A DNA stretch of 64,000 bases from Octopus vulgaris (taxonomy: Eukaryota). A program made the position numbers and the translations under genes. Under the pieces are notes generated by a model that worked only from the letters and a program-made list of their open reading frames with translations, was not told the origin of the DNA and searched no databases. This document shows positions 23,820 through 36,262 of this stretch, piece by piece (positions within the stretch are counted from its first letter, which is position 1; each line of letters opens with the position of its first letter). Location: positions 47,926,001 to 47,990,000 of the forward strand of contig OX597832.1 of NCBI GenBank assembly GCA_951406725.2, written 5' to 3'.

Positions 23820-23830
23820 ATATATATATA

Positions 23831-24228
23831 GGCGCAGGAGTGGCTGTGTGGTAAGTAGCTTGCTAACCAACCACATGGTTCCGGGTTCAGTCCCACTGCG
23901 TGGCATCTTGGGCAAGTGTCTTCTACTATAGCCCCGGGCCGACCAATGCCTTGTGAGTGGATTTGGTAGACGGAAACTGAAAGAAGCTTGTCGTATATAT
24001 GTATATATATATGTGTGTGTGTTTGTGTGTGTCCCCCTAGCGTTGCTTGACAACCGATGCTGGTGTGTTTACGTCCCCATAACTTAGCGGTTCGGCAAAA
24101 GAGACTGATAGAATAAGTACTGGGCTTACAAAGAATAAGTCCCGGGGTCGATTTGCTCGACTAAAGGCGGTGCTCCAGCATGGCCGCAGTCAAATGACTG
24201 AAACAAGTAAAAGAGTAAAAAAAGAGTA
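23831..24228 (+). mobile_element. SINE family A, full length
   Basis: Family A consensus. Confidence 0.9.
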
Positions 24229-25056
24229 TATGTTAGTTTAAACTTAATCAGAGTTAGTTCCCTTAGTACCACTGCCAGTTACCAAACATCTTAAATGAGG
24301 AGGAAAAATTGTTAGATTCTGTATTCTTACAATTAAAAAAAAAAAAAGGAGTGTTTATCCATTTCATTATGATTGTCCTCTTTACTATCACCACCACTAA
24401 TAATTTTTGCCAGTTAATTAATCTTGTTATATTGTTATTTTAGAAAATTTAACACAGATGGTATTGATCGATCCCAGTCAATTCTGTTCAGATAAATGTG
24501 GTCCAATGACTAAAACTCATTTTTAACTTGATGTTCAAACAAATATTCCACCACCTATCCGTGTATCTCATCGACATTGTGAACATCCATTACAAAAATT
24601 AGATATTTTCAATTGTGTGTTTGCTCTTCAATATAATGCTCTAAAACTACATCCATCACACTTCACTTAAGTCTTTCAGTGTTTTAATAATAATGATGAG
24701 TTTTTGTAATTCTGGCACAAGACCAGCAATTTTAGGGGGTGGGCTAAAGTCGATTACATTGACCTTAATGCCCAACTGGCACTTATTTTATTGACCCCGA
24801 AAGGATGAAAAACAAAGCTGACCTTGGTGGAATTTGGACTTGTGTATGTGTGATCAATATTGTTTACAACACTCAAGCTGCTTTGAAAATTATATACACA
24901 TACACACACATGTTTATATGTATGTATGTGTGTGTATAAATATATTTATATATATGTATAGGGAAAGTTTACGTAAAAAAAAAAAGACGAAGACAGAAGA
25001 AATGCCCTTAAACATTGCATCTGATGTGCTCGTGATTCTGCCAACTCACTGTTTTC

Positions 25057-25091
<35 letters not shown>

Positions 25092-25094
25092 CCT

Positions 25095-25555
25095 TTGAAC
25101 TCAGAATGTGAAGGCGGATGAAATGCTTGCTAAGCATTTTGCCTGGCATGCTAACATTTCTTATTTCTTTATTACCCACAAGGGGCTAAACATAGAGGGG
25201 ACAGACAAAGGGATTAAGTTGAGTACATCGACCCCAGTGCGTAACTGGTACTTAATTTATTGACCCCAAAAGGATGAAAGGCAAAGTTGACCTTGGCAGA
25301 ATTTGAACTCAGAACGTAGCGGCAGACGAAATGCCTTATTGCCCACAAGGGGCTAAACATAGAGGGGACAAATAAGGACAGACAAAGGGATTAAGTTGAG
25401 TACATCGACCCCAGTGTGTAACTGGTACTTAATTTATTGACCCCGAAAGGGTGAAAGGCAAAGTTGACCTTGGCGGAATTTGAACTCAGAACGTAGCGGC
25501 AGATGTAATGCCTCTAAGCATTTCGCCCGGCGTGCTAACATTTCTGCCAACTTGC
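25095..25555 (-). mobile_element. SINE family B dimer joined to an older head
   Basis: Two bodies in tandem plus head sequences. Confidence 0.8.
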
Positions 25556-26083
25556 AACTCTTAATAATAATAATATTAATGATAATCCTCAAGGAATCAT
25601 ATTAATCTACCTAATGCAATGCTTATCCATTCACATTGCTTTGGATTAATCATGCATTATCTCATAGCTTTGGGATTTCAAAGATGTGTTGTGTTTATTT
25701 TTAGAATGACATTGTAGGGTAGGTGTGAGAGACCAGATCTGGCCACTTTGACCATAAAACAGGTAGCGTATTTGGGCCAGATTATATCTGGTTTAAATAC
25801 TAAAGAGTTAAAGATTTTTTTACTTTAACAAACACCTGTGATGCAATTTAATTGATTAATTGACCTCACTTTGTTTTATTTTATTTTATTATTTGACATT
25901 ATTTTTAAAGTTTGGTTAAATTTGTTTTGTTTTCTGTTCTCTGTTGCAAAAGTTGGCTGAAAGATTTTGAAACTTGATCAATCTCTGGTCAACAGACATA
26001 TTGATGATTGGTTTTCCTGCTAGATTGAAGATTAGATGCACAGCAGCTGTATGTATCAACCTCTAAAAACAGAATAATAATAA

Positions 26084-26502
26084 TCATCATCATTTAGCGT
26101 CCGCTTTCCATGCTAGCATGGGTTGGACGGTTCAACTGAGGTCTGGGAAGCCAGAAGGCTGCACCAGGCTCTAGTCTGATCTGGCAATGTTTCTACGGCT
26201 GGATGTCCTTCCTAACGCCAACCACTCCGTGAGTGTAGTGGGTGCTTTTTACATGCCACCGGCACAGGTGCCAGACGGAGCTGGCAAACGGCCACGGACG
26301 AATGGTGCTTTTTACGTGCCACCAGCATGGGGTCCAGGCAAGGCTGGCAACAGCCACGATTGGATGGTGCTTTTTACATGCCACCGGCACGGAGGCCCGT
26401 CGGGGCAGCGCTGGCAATGGCCACGTTCGGATGGTTCGCTTACGTGCCACCGGAACTGGTATCACAGCTACAATTTCCATTGATGTTGATCGATTTCGAT
26501 TT
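26084..26502 (-). mobile_element. Family C retroposon with its probable 5' end
   Basis: Ends in AAAATCGAAATCGATCAACATCAATGGAAATTGTAGCTGTGATACC (minus strand), shared with 57085-57135. Confidence 0.8.
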
Positions 26503-26505
26503 TGT

Positions 26506-26846
26506 AATTCTTTTATTGGCCACAAGGGCTGACAAAAATTAATTAAAAACATGAAGGGACAAAACAGGACGAAAGGTTACAAAGGGTTTTGTCCGTTTTT
26601 TAAAAAAAAAAGGTCCGTGTAAAAAACAGGTTAACAAAAGAAAATAAGTAACAATTTAAAACTCCCAATAGGGGAGGCGCTTCGAAAAGGTTACTCATGG
26701 AAAAACCCATAAAAGCCACGGGATCCTGGTCAAAGGGGTGGTGGGTAGAGAGCCCTTTTCTCCTTTTATAATGCCTTTTTATGCTACAGGTGTATCCTCA
26801 GAATTGGTCCGTTTATACTGGCCATTCTTACGACATTTACCCACCT
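26506..26846 (-). mobile_element. 3' end of a LINE (Tx1/L1-like): ORF tail plus 3' UTR
   Basis: Minus strand encodes RWVNVVRMASINGPILRIHL* followed by a UTR ending ...GCCCTTGTGGCCAATAAAAGAA. Clade assignment is inferred from a short peptide. Confidence 0.5.
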
Positions 26847-26847
26847 T

Positions 26848-27052
26848 TACTCTTTAACTTGTTTCAATCATTTGACTGCGGCCATGCTGGAGCACTGCCT
26901 TTAATCAAGCAACTCGACCCCGGGACTTATTCTTCTGTAAGCCCAGTACTTATTCTATCGGTCTCTTTTTGCCGAACCGCTAAGTAACGGGGACATAAAC
27001 ACACCAGCATCGGTTGTCAAGCAATGCTCAGGGGACAAACACAGGCATACAA

Positions 27053-27094
<42 letters not shown>

Positions 27095-27249
27095 GACGGG
27101 CTTCTTTCAGTTTCTGTCTACCAAATCCACTCACAAGGCTCTGGTCGGCTCGAGGCTATAGTGGAAGACACTTGCCCAAGGTGCCACGCAGTGGGACTGA
27201 ACCCGGAACCATGTGGCTGGTAAACAAGCTACTTACCACACAGCCACTC
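26848..27249 (-). mobile_element. SINE family A, full length
   Basis: Family A consensus. Confidence 0.9.
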
Positions 27250-27784
27250 AGTAAACTTGCTATCAGACAGTATAAAAACCCCGAATCACTTGTGGCAGAG
27301 AATGTGTGCGAGAGAGAGAGACAGAGGCAGTGTGTGTTTTTGTGAGGATATCAACTTGATTTTTCTGGCCACTTTTTGTGTCTGTGTTTTTTCCGTTCTA
27401 CTTCATTCACCTGCTCGACACCTCTCTCTCCCATTTCAATACAGCATGACAGTCCTGCTCTCCTCCTCCTCCTCCTCCTTGTTACAGTCTCTATATTGTA
27501 AAGGTGGGGGGGGGAGGGGCAGTTCTAGTCTTGCTTTATTCTTTTCTCCCCCCTCTCTCTCTCTCTCTTTCTTTCTCCTGTAGCCTTTTTTTTCCCCTGC
27601 TAACCTTCAGTTCTTTTCTCCTGGCCATTTAATCTTCATTGATTGATCAAGCGCTCATGCACACACACACACACTCACACACACTTCCTGTTTTGTCTGT
27701 AACTATGCCTGGAGGTGTTCAAGCCTTCGTTTCACATTACCTGTCCCAATTTTGACATTTCGAGACGCACCTGTCTCATGCTAT

Positions 27785-28185
27785 CTTTCCTTCTCTCTTT
27801 TCTTTCCTCATGCCTCATCCTTTTCCTTCCTCTCCCCTTCATCTCCCTCTCCTCTCCTTTTTCTCTCTCCCCTCTCTCTCTTTCCTCTTTCCTTTCTCTT
27901 TTGTCTCTCTCCTTTCTCTCCCTCTCTCTTTTCTCTCCCTCTCTCGTTTCTCTCCTTTCTCTCTCCCCTCCCTTCCTTTCTCCTTTTTGTCTCTCTCCCT
28001 TCTCTTCTTTCTCTCCCTCTCTCTTTCCTCTCTTTCCTTTTTCTTTTCTCTCCTTTCTCTCTCCCCCTTCCTTTCTCCCTTTTATCTATCTCCTTTCTTC
28101 CCTCCTTTCTCTTTCCTCTTTTCTTCCCTCCTTTCTCTCCTCTCTGCATCTCCCCTCCTCTCTCTCTCTCCCTCTCCCTTTCTCA
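27785..28185. repeat. ~400-bp polypyrimidine/polypurine tract
   Basis: Almost exclusively C/T on the + strand. Confidence 0.9.
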
Positions 28186-28481
28186 TATATTCCTTTTGTA
28201 TTTACCTTGTCACACATATCTACCTGACAGTGTAACTACCACCAGTAAAACACATTCAATCTAAACACTGAATGGAACAACTTTCCAGCAAACACACACA
28301 CACACACTCTCTGTATGTATTGTTGCAGTTGTTGTTCTATACTTAAAGGTTACATTTACCTTTCATTCTTCCAGAGGGTGGAGACGATAAAATAAAAACC
28401 AGCAAATTAATGGGGCTGGTAACTTAGTTGTTTCTTTTCTCAAAGTTTGTGGCTTTAGGTTAGTGCTAGAAACTTTTTTTT

Positions 28482-28680
28482 GAAGCACTCCGTCGGTTAC
28501 GACGATGAGGGTTCCGGTTGATCCGAATCAACGGAACAGCCTGCTCGTGAAATTAATGTGTAAGTGGCTGAGCACTCCACAGACACGTGTACCCTTAACG
28601 TAGTTCTCGGGGATATTCAGCATGACACAGAGAGTGACAAGGCCGGCCCTTAGAAATACAGGTACAACAGAAACAGGAAG
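28482..28680 (-). mobile_element. Dispersed retroposon 3' fragment
   Basis: CTGAGCACTCCACAGACACGTGTACCCTTAAC also occurs at about 17567-17680 and inverted at about 38095-38150. Confidence 0.65.
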
Positions 28681-29579
28681 CTAGAATCTATTCTTAACAA
28701 CAGTGATTTGCCTGAATCGTTAAGGGTCGGGGACAAAATATCTTCCGGCACTCGTTACGGTCATTTACATTCAGAATTCAAATCTCACCGAGTTCGGCTT
28801 AGTCTTTTAGTCCCTCTGGTAATCAACAAACTAGAAGTATCAGTCAAAATACTAGGGCTGAGTTAATGGACTACTCCACCTGTCCTCACCTCCCACTAAA
28901 TTTGGGGTCTTATTAATTCCAATGTAAGAAATTATTGGTGTGGAACGTGTCTTTTTTTGGGGGGGGGTTAAAAAAAAATTATGATGTGTATCAGGATGTA
29001 TATGTATGTGGTCACTTTTTTTTTTTTTTATATTTTTTTTTTGTTTTTTAATTAAATTCCAATAAAGCTGTATTCTATGTACTCTGGAAAGTATCATTAA
29101 AAAATGTACCCGTTTTTCTGAAAGTTATAGGGAAACAAAGCTGACTTGTGTGAATTTTCCAAAACTCTTCTCCCACCCGTGGCACCTTGAGAACATGTCT
29201 GCCACTTTAGCCTCTGGCTGACTAATAGCTTGTGAAAAATTAGTTGACAAAAAGCTGCATAGAAGCCCATCTTATATATATATATATAATGTGTGTGTGT
29301 GTGTATATATATATATACTCTTTTACTGGTTTCAGTCATTTGACTGTGGCCATGCTGGAGCACCGCCTTTAATATATATATATTATTCTTTAAAAAAATG
29401 TTGTTGATAGTGACTTCAAAGTTTCAACCAGCTTAGCCATCATTGGTTGGCCAACATTTCAAAGCCATCGTCAGCAACATTCTTGTTTAAGAATAATAAA
29501 TTTGTATTCTGCTAACGTACAGAGTAACCCCGTGTAACATTAAAACTGCTTTTATTATAACTGAACATATAAATAAATA

Positions 29580-29627
<48 letters not shown>

Positions 29628-31047
29628 CGTGTGCACATGTATAAATATTTACATTTTGCATTTTACATGTATGTCCTGAGGTTAATAAATCGATGACGTT
29701 TGCTGACAATGTCTGTCAAAACATCGTCTTCTAGCTTTGTGCTTTCAAAGTCGAGTGAAATGAAATAATCTGTTTTCTTAAAAAAATAGATAAGGGCAAG
29801 TGACATCAAAGGCATCCAACAGTAGAACAATACCACGATAATATTGATATTATCGTCCCACGAAGGTGATGACAAGGTGCTTTGGCGATTTGCTGTGCTT
29901 GAGAAAACTCATCAAGCTAGGTGAAGTCATAGTTGTGGCCAGCGTTGGTGACACATAACAGCTTCCATGCTGGTGACATGTGCAAAAAAGAAGCACCTTT
30001 GCCAATGACATATAAAAGGCACCCGTGCTGTGACACATGAAAGGCCTCCACTACACTCTCGGAGTGGTTGGCATTAGGAAGGGCATCCAGCTGTAGGAAT
30101 CAAGCCAAATTCTGACTGGAACCTGGTGTAGCCCTCTGGCTTACCAGTTCCAGTCAAGCCATCTAACCCATGCTAGGATGGAAAGCGGATGTTAAATGAT
30201 GATAATGAACTGCAAGATAGTGGAAACTGTCAGTGGTTTCTTCATCATCATCATCACAGTTTAACGTCCGCTTTCCATGCTAGCATGGGTTGGACGATTT
30301 GACTGAGGCCTGGCGAACCAGATGGCTGCACCAGGCCCCAATCTTGATCTGGCAGAATTTCTACAGCTGGATGCCCTTCCTAACGCCAACCACTCTGAGA
30401 GTGTAGTGGGTGCTTTTTACGTGCCACCGGCACGAGGGCCAGTCAGGCGGTACTGGCAACGGCCACGCTTGAAATGGTGTTTTTTAACGTGCCACCTGCA
30501 CAGGAGTCAGTCCAGCAATGAGGGCCCAGTCAGGCGGTAAGGCAACGGCCACAAAAAAAATTTTTTTTTTTTTTTTGCACACAAATAAAAGTGAGAACAG
30601 AAATGGGTTTTGAAAGAATGTCCTGCAAACTTAATCAAGACAAGTTGTGTCACTCGAGAAGAGTAGATGTTAAACTGGCAAATATGACGACAACGATAAT
30701 AATTGTTGTGTTTTAAAGTGGAAATTCCTAGCTAAATCCCCTGCGTCTGTAGTCTAATCAACTTAAATTGTTTCACAAAACAATTTAGTCCTTTGTTTCC
30801 AGCACTTGCTTCCTTTTGACTCCTCCAAACAAATGATAGAAAGTAATGGTGGTGTTGGTGGCAATAGTGAGGGGGGGGTAGCAGCAGCAACGGTGGTGGT
30901 GAGGTTTGCTGTTGAAACAATGGTTCATTTGATAGGAACTCGTTAACCTCTTAGCTAGTCTTTATGTACTGTGTTTCTTTGATTCTGCGTTATTTTGTAT
31001 TTTGGTGGTTGGCACATAACAATTTCTATTATAGTAGCTGATTTTAT

Positions 31048-31108
<61 letters not shown>

Positions 31109-31338
31109 TCATCATCATCATCGTTTAACGTCCGTTCTCCATGCTAGCATGGGTTGGACGGTTCGACCGGGGATCTGGGAAGCCAGAAGGCTGCACCAGG
31201 CTCCAGTCTTATCTGGCAGTGTTTCTACAGCTGGATGCCCTTCCTAACGCCAACCACTCCGTGAGTGTAGTGGGTGCTTTTTACGTGCCACCTGCACAGG
31301 TGCCAGGCGAGGCTATATATATATATATATTATATATA

Positions 31339-31732
31339 GGCGCAGGAGTGGCTGTGTGGTAAGTAGCTTGTCTGCCAACCACATGGTTCCAGGTTCAGTC
31401 CCACTGCATGGCACCTTGGGCAAGTGTCTTCTACTATAGCCTCGGGCCGACCAAAGCCTTGTGAGTGGATTTGGTAGACGGAAACTGAAAGAAGCCCGTC
31501 GTATATATGTATATATATGTATGCGTGTGTTTGTGTGTCTGTGTTTGTCCCCTAGCATTGCTTGACAACCGATGCTGGTGTGTTTATGTCCCCGTTACTT
31601 AGCGGTTCGGCAAAAGAGACCGATAGAATAATACTGGGCTTACAAAAGAATAAGTCCCGGGGTCGAGTTGCTCGACTAAAGGCTGTGCTCCAGCATGGCC
31701 GCAGTCAAATGACTGAAACAAGTAAAAGAGTA
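31339..31732 (+). mobile_element. SINE family A, full length
   Basis: Family A consensus, preceded by a family C fragment (31106-31312, -). Confidence 0.9.
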
Positions 31733-31756
31733 TTTATATATATAAGAATAAATGTT

Positions 31757-32365
31757 TTTAATAATAATAATAACATTAGGGAGTATAACTCCAAACTTAC
31801 AGGGAAAATTAGATTTAGTATTAAATAGCAAATTTCACAGTATAAATATATAAAATATGAATTAGAGATAAAACCACTATTAGGCAACTATTAGACATAA
31901 ACCAATACATAAATAACAAATAATATAAATATAATTAATAAATATATATATATAACGGTTTTTTTTAACACGGAGGCCTACATCAAAAAAAAAATTTATA
32001 TATATATATATATATATAATTTGTTATTTCATCATCATCATCGTTTAGCGTCCGCTTTCCATGCTAGTAAGGGTTGGACGGTTCGACCCGGGGTCTGGGA
32101 AGCCAGGAGGCTGTACCAAGCTCCTGTCTTGATCTGGCAGTGTTTCTACAGCTGGATGCCCTTCCTAATGCCAACCACTCCGTGAGTGTAGTGAGTGCTT
32201 TTTACGTACCACTGGCACAGGGGCCAGAGGAGACTGGCAAACGGCCACGATCAGTTGGTGCTTTTACGTGCACCAATACGGACGCCAGTCAGGCGGTGCT
32301 GGCATCTGCCACGTTCGGATGGTGCTTTTAACGTGTCACCGGCACAGGTATCTTAACTACAATTT

Positions 32366-32414
<49 letters not shown>

Positions 32415-32534
32415 CACAATTCAGTTGGAATCATTCAAGAAAAGAAGCAGTGGTTATTTAGTCACATTCCTTTATGTTCTCTGTTCAGACCCCACTGGTC
32501 ACCTTGAATGTTTATTTTACCTCCTCCAAGGTCA

Positions 32535-32592
<58 letters not shown>

Positions 32593-32770
32593 CATTAGGG
32601 AGTATAACTCCAAACTTACAGGGAAAATTAGATTTGAAGTATTAAATAAAATTTCACAGTATAAATATATAAAATATGAATTAGAGATAAAACCACTATT
32701 AGGCAACTATTAGACATAAACCAATACATAAATAACAAATAATATAAATATAATTAATATAATATATATA
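31757..32770. repeat. ~190-bp AT-rich direct repeat pair (about 31757-31950 and 32578-32770)
   Basis: AATAACATTAGGGAGTATAACTCCAAACTTACAGGG...AATATAATTAAT present twice, with a family C copy (32029-32368, -) between them. Confidence 0.85.
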
Positions 32771-32788
32771 TATAAATTTTTTATTTAG

Positions 32789-33281
32789 GTTGAAATCAAT
32801 GGTCCCAGACCTTTTAGCAAAACCGGCAGCATTAAGTGCGATTTAAACCCATCTGTGATGCTAACTTTGCCCGGAAAAAGCAGCACTGCAAAAGACCGTA
32901 TACCTGTCCAAAACAAAGTGGTCTCCGAACTGTGTCCAATCGAACCTCTCACAGATGGCAAGAGCGCTGTGGTAAACAGTGTTTGCAGCAATTCTGAGGG
33001 TACTGTTGCTGAACGGGGGGACAAGCTTTTGTCAAAGGTGACACCGAGGGCGACTAAGGACGAGAAAACACTCGGAAAGTCAATTCTCATCAGTGTTAAG
33101 ACTTCGGCTGAGGTGGTTGTTGTGTCCGAACCATTAACAGTACTTTCTACGACGTCAGACAGAAAGGGTTCAAACAGCAGCCATGTGAGCAGCGAAGATC
33201 TCCTCCAAGGGCAAGGCAAAAGTATAGAGGTCCTTAGTAAAGAAAACCTTGAAGAAATGGTCCCTGCTGGAAGCCCTTCAG
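32789..33281 (+). CDS. Exon 8 of bromodomain protein gene
   Basis: TTATTTAG acceptor, phase 0. Encodes VEINGPRPFSKTG...EEMVPAGSPS. Donor CAG|GTAAGA, phase 1. Confidence 0.88.
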
Positions 33282-33342
33282 GTAAGATTTTCTTTCAGTT
33301 AAATTCTTTATTTTTTTACTTTGTTTTTGACATTATGGGCAT

Positions 33343-33735
33343 TACTCTTTACTCTTTTACTTGTTTCACTCATTTTGACTGCGGCCATGCTGGAGCACCG
33401 CCTTTAATCGAGCAACTTGACCCCGGGACTTATTCTTTTGTAAGCCCAGTACTTATTCTATCGGTCTGTTTTGCCGAACCGTTAAGTAACGGGGACATAA
33501 ACACACCAGCATCGGTTGTCAAGCAATGCTAGGGGGACAAACACAAATATACACGCACACATGCACGCATATATATATATATATATACGATGGGCTTCTT
33601 TCAGTTTCCGTCTACCAAATCCACTCACAAGGCTTTGGTCGGCCCAAGACACTTGCCCAAGGTGCCACGCAGTGGGACTGAACCCGGAACCATGTGGTTG
33701 GTAAGCAAGCTACTTACCACACAGCCACTCCTGCA
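33343..33735 (-). mobile_element. SINE family A
   Basis: Family A consensus, 60 nt after the exon 8 donor. Confidence 0.9.
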
Positions 33736-34088
33736 CATTGTTGTAAATTCTTCTGGGTAAATTCAGCCTATGAATTCCCAGTTTCCCTATTGGAACAACC
33801 ATTTCAGAGTTAATTTTTGGAATGGCATAAAGGCACAAACCTAATAACTTCTTCTTTCCTGACCATTCTGTCTCAGAAAACAAGACATGAGGTGGTGGTA
33901 CAGTTGAGTTTTCCATGAAAATTTTCAAAACATTTACACAACTTCCTAACCCAAAATCCAGTGTGGAATAAAATGAATGTTACACAAATTGGTTTCAAAT
34001 TTTGGCTCAAGGCCAGCAATTTCGGAGTTGGGGTGGTGTGAGTTGATTACATCGACCCCCCCCCCCGTTGCTCAACTGGTATTAATTA

Positions 34089-34318
34089 GTGGCGAGCTGG
34101 CAGAAACGTTAGCACACCGGGTGAAATGCGTAGCCGTATTTCGTCTGCCATTACGTTCTCAGTTCAAATTCTGCCGAGGTCGACTTTGCCATTCGTCCTT
34201 TCGGGGTCGATTAAATAAGTACCAGTTACGCACTGGGGTCGATATAATCGACTTAATCCGTTTGTCTGTCCTTGTTTGTCCTCTCTGTGTTTAGCCCCTT
34301 GTGGGTAGTAAAGAAATA
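34089..34318 (+). mobile_element. SINE family B monomer with TSD, nested in an older inverted B-like copy
   Basis: TSD GGTATTAATTA at 34078-34088 and 34319-34329. Confidence 0.85.
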
Positions 34319-35195
34319 GGTATTAATTATATTGATCTCGAAAGGATGAAAAGCAAAGTCGACCTCAGTGGAATATGGACTCAGAACTTAAAGACAGATG
34401 AAATGGCTGCTAAGCATTTCGCCTGGCATGCTAACGATTCTGCCAGCTTGTGTCACCTTGAATGTTACAGTAATTGATGTAATAAACTGATTGATGCTGC
34501 TTTTTTGTTTTCCTTCTCTTTTGATACTTTCTCCCAAGTAGTTGAACTAAGCTGTAGAAAGTTTCTTGAACTGCAAGTCCCTTGAGAGTACAATCACCAT
34601 CTCTGTCCGTTTCTCTGTCTCCCTATCTAAGGAAGCTGTGCATTCATCTCTTCAGCAAGACACCTATTTCTTCCCATGTATCATACTTTCACATTGTTCA
34701 GTAACTGTACCCAACTCAGTTGAGCCAATTTTGTATTGTGCATTCCTTGGTGACCTCACAGGTGTTGGTGCCATGAATAATGCACCCAGTACACTCTGTA
34801 AAGTGTTTGGCCTTAGGAAAGGCATCCAGCTGTATTAAGTATGCCAAAGCAGATACTGGTACAGCTCTCTGGCATGTTGGTTTCTGTCGAACTGTTCAAC
34901 CCATGCCAGGGTGGAAAAAGGGATGCTGAATAGCAATGATTATGATGAGACTTAATGGTGGCAGAATCAGAATATAAAATGCCGATTTTATTTTTTTCTC
35001 CTGCTGTTAGTTTAGCATGGTATCATAAACACGATCATCTGTAACTCATCTGCTTCCTGCTCTCCATCATTATTGGATGCACATCCCAATTAATTATATT
35101 TCTAAGGAAACATACCGCTTATCTGTTTCAATTAAAATTGAAGATTAATTAGCAAGTCTTTGGAAGGGCTTAGTAAATAAATTTCTATTTCATTA

Positions 35196-35424
35196 TTAAC
35201 CCTTTTATTACCAACCCGGCTGAAACCGGCTCTGGCTGTGTAGTACAAATGTCTTGTTTTCATAAATTTTGAATTAAAATCTTCCACCAAACTTTAGTCA
35301 CAATTTATGTTCTTAACACTAGCTTAATGATAACGAAGTTATTTTACGAAATTCTTTGTTACATCTAAAATAATTGAGGGAATCACAGAGCATCTCAAAA
35401 TAAATACGGCAACGAAAGGGTTAA
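35196..35424. mobile_element. piggyBac-like MITE
   Basis: TTAA-CCCTTT ... AAAGGG-TTAA termini. Confidence 0.85.
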
Positions 35425-35904
35425 TGGTCTTTGAGAGTGAATTTCCTCTCAGTGTAATTTCCTCTCTGATGCAAATTTTCATGTTAACTTGAGTACCTTA
35501 CTGTATATACATCTGCCTAATGATTCTCTCAACACTATCTCATCAACTACAGTAGGGTCAGTGCTTCCCTAAAAAGGTCTAATAATGCTGAAACGTGTTA
35601 TCTCCTGCACTTACTGAAATAAAAAAAATTAAAAAATAAATGTACCCTTTTAAAGCCTAACCATGTTTCCCAGCTGGATGGGACGCCAGTCCATCACAGT
35701 GTTACTCATTTTTGCCAGCTGAGTGGACTAGGCAACGGGAAATTAAATGTTTTGCTCAAGAACACAACACGTCGCCTGGTCCGGGAATCGAAACCGCAAT
35801 CTTACAATCATGATGCTGACACCCTGACCACTAAGCCACGTGCCTCCACGCATTTACCGAAGTAGCTGAAATAAACTTCTATGTAGTTAAAAATCCAAAA
35901 AGGC

Positions 35905-36262
35905 CTGTGCCGGTGGCACGTAAAAAGCACCATCCAATCGTGGCCGTTTGCCAGCCTCATCTGGCACCTGTGCCAGTGGCATGTAAAAGGCACCATCCAA
36001 TCGTGGCCGTTTGCCAGCCTCGTCTGGCACCTGTGCCGGTGGCACATAAAAAGCACCATCCGATCGTGGCCATTTGCCAGCGGCATGTAAAAGGCACCCA
36101 CTACACTCATGGAGTGGTTGGCATTAGGAAGGGCATCCAGCCGTAGAAACACTGCCAGATCAGACTGGAGCCTGGTGCAGCCTTCTGGCTTCCCAGATCC
36201 CCAGTTGAACCGTCCAACCCATGCTAGCATGGAAAGCGGACGCTAAACGAAGATGATGATGA
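35905..36262 (+). mobile_element. Family C retroposon
   Basis: Three VNTR units plus tail. Confidence 0.8.

Noticed and set aside
27715-28264. 170-aa Leu/Ser/Phe/Pro ORFs
   Set aside because: Stop-free artefact of the polypyrimidine tract.
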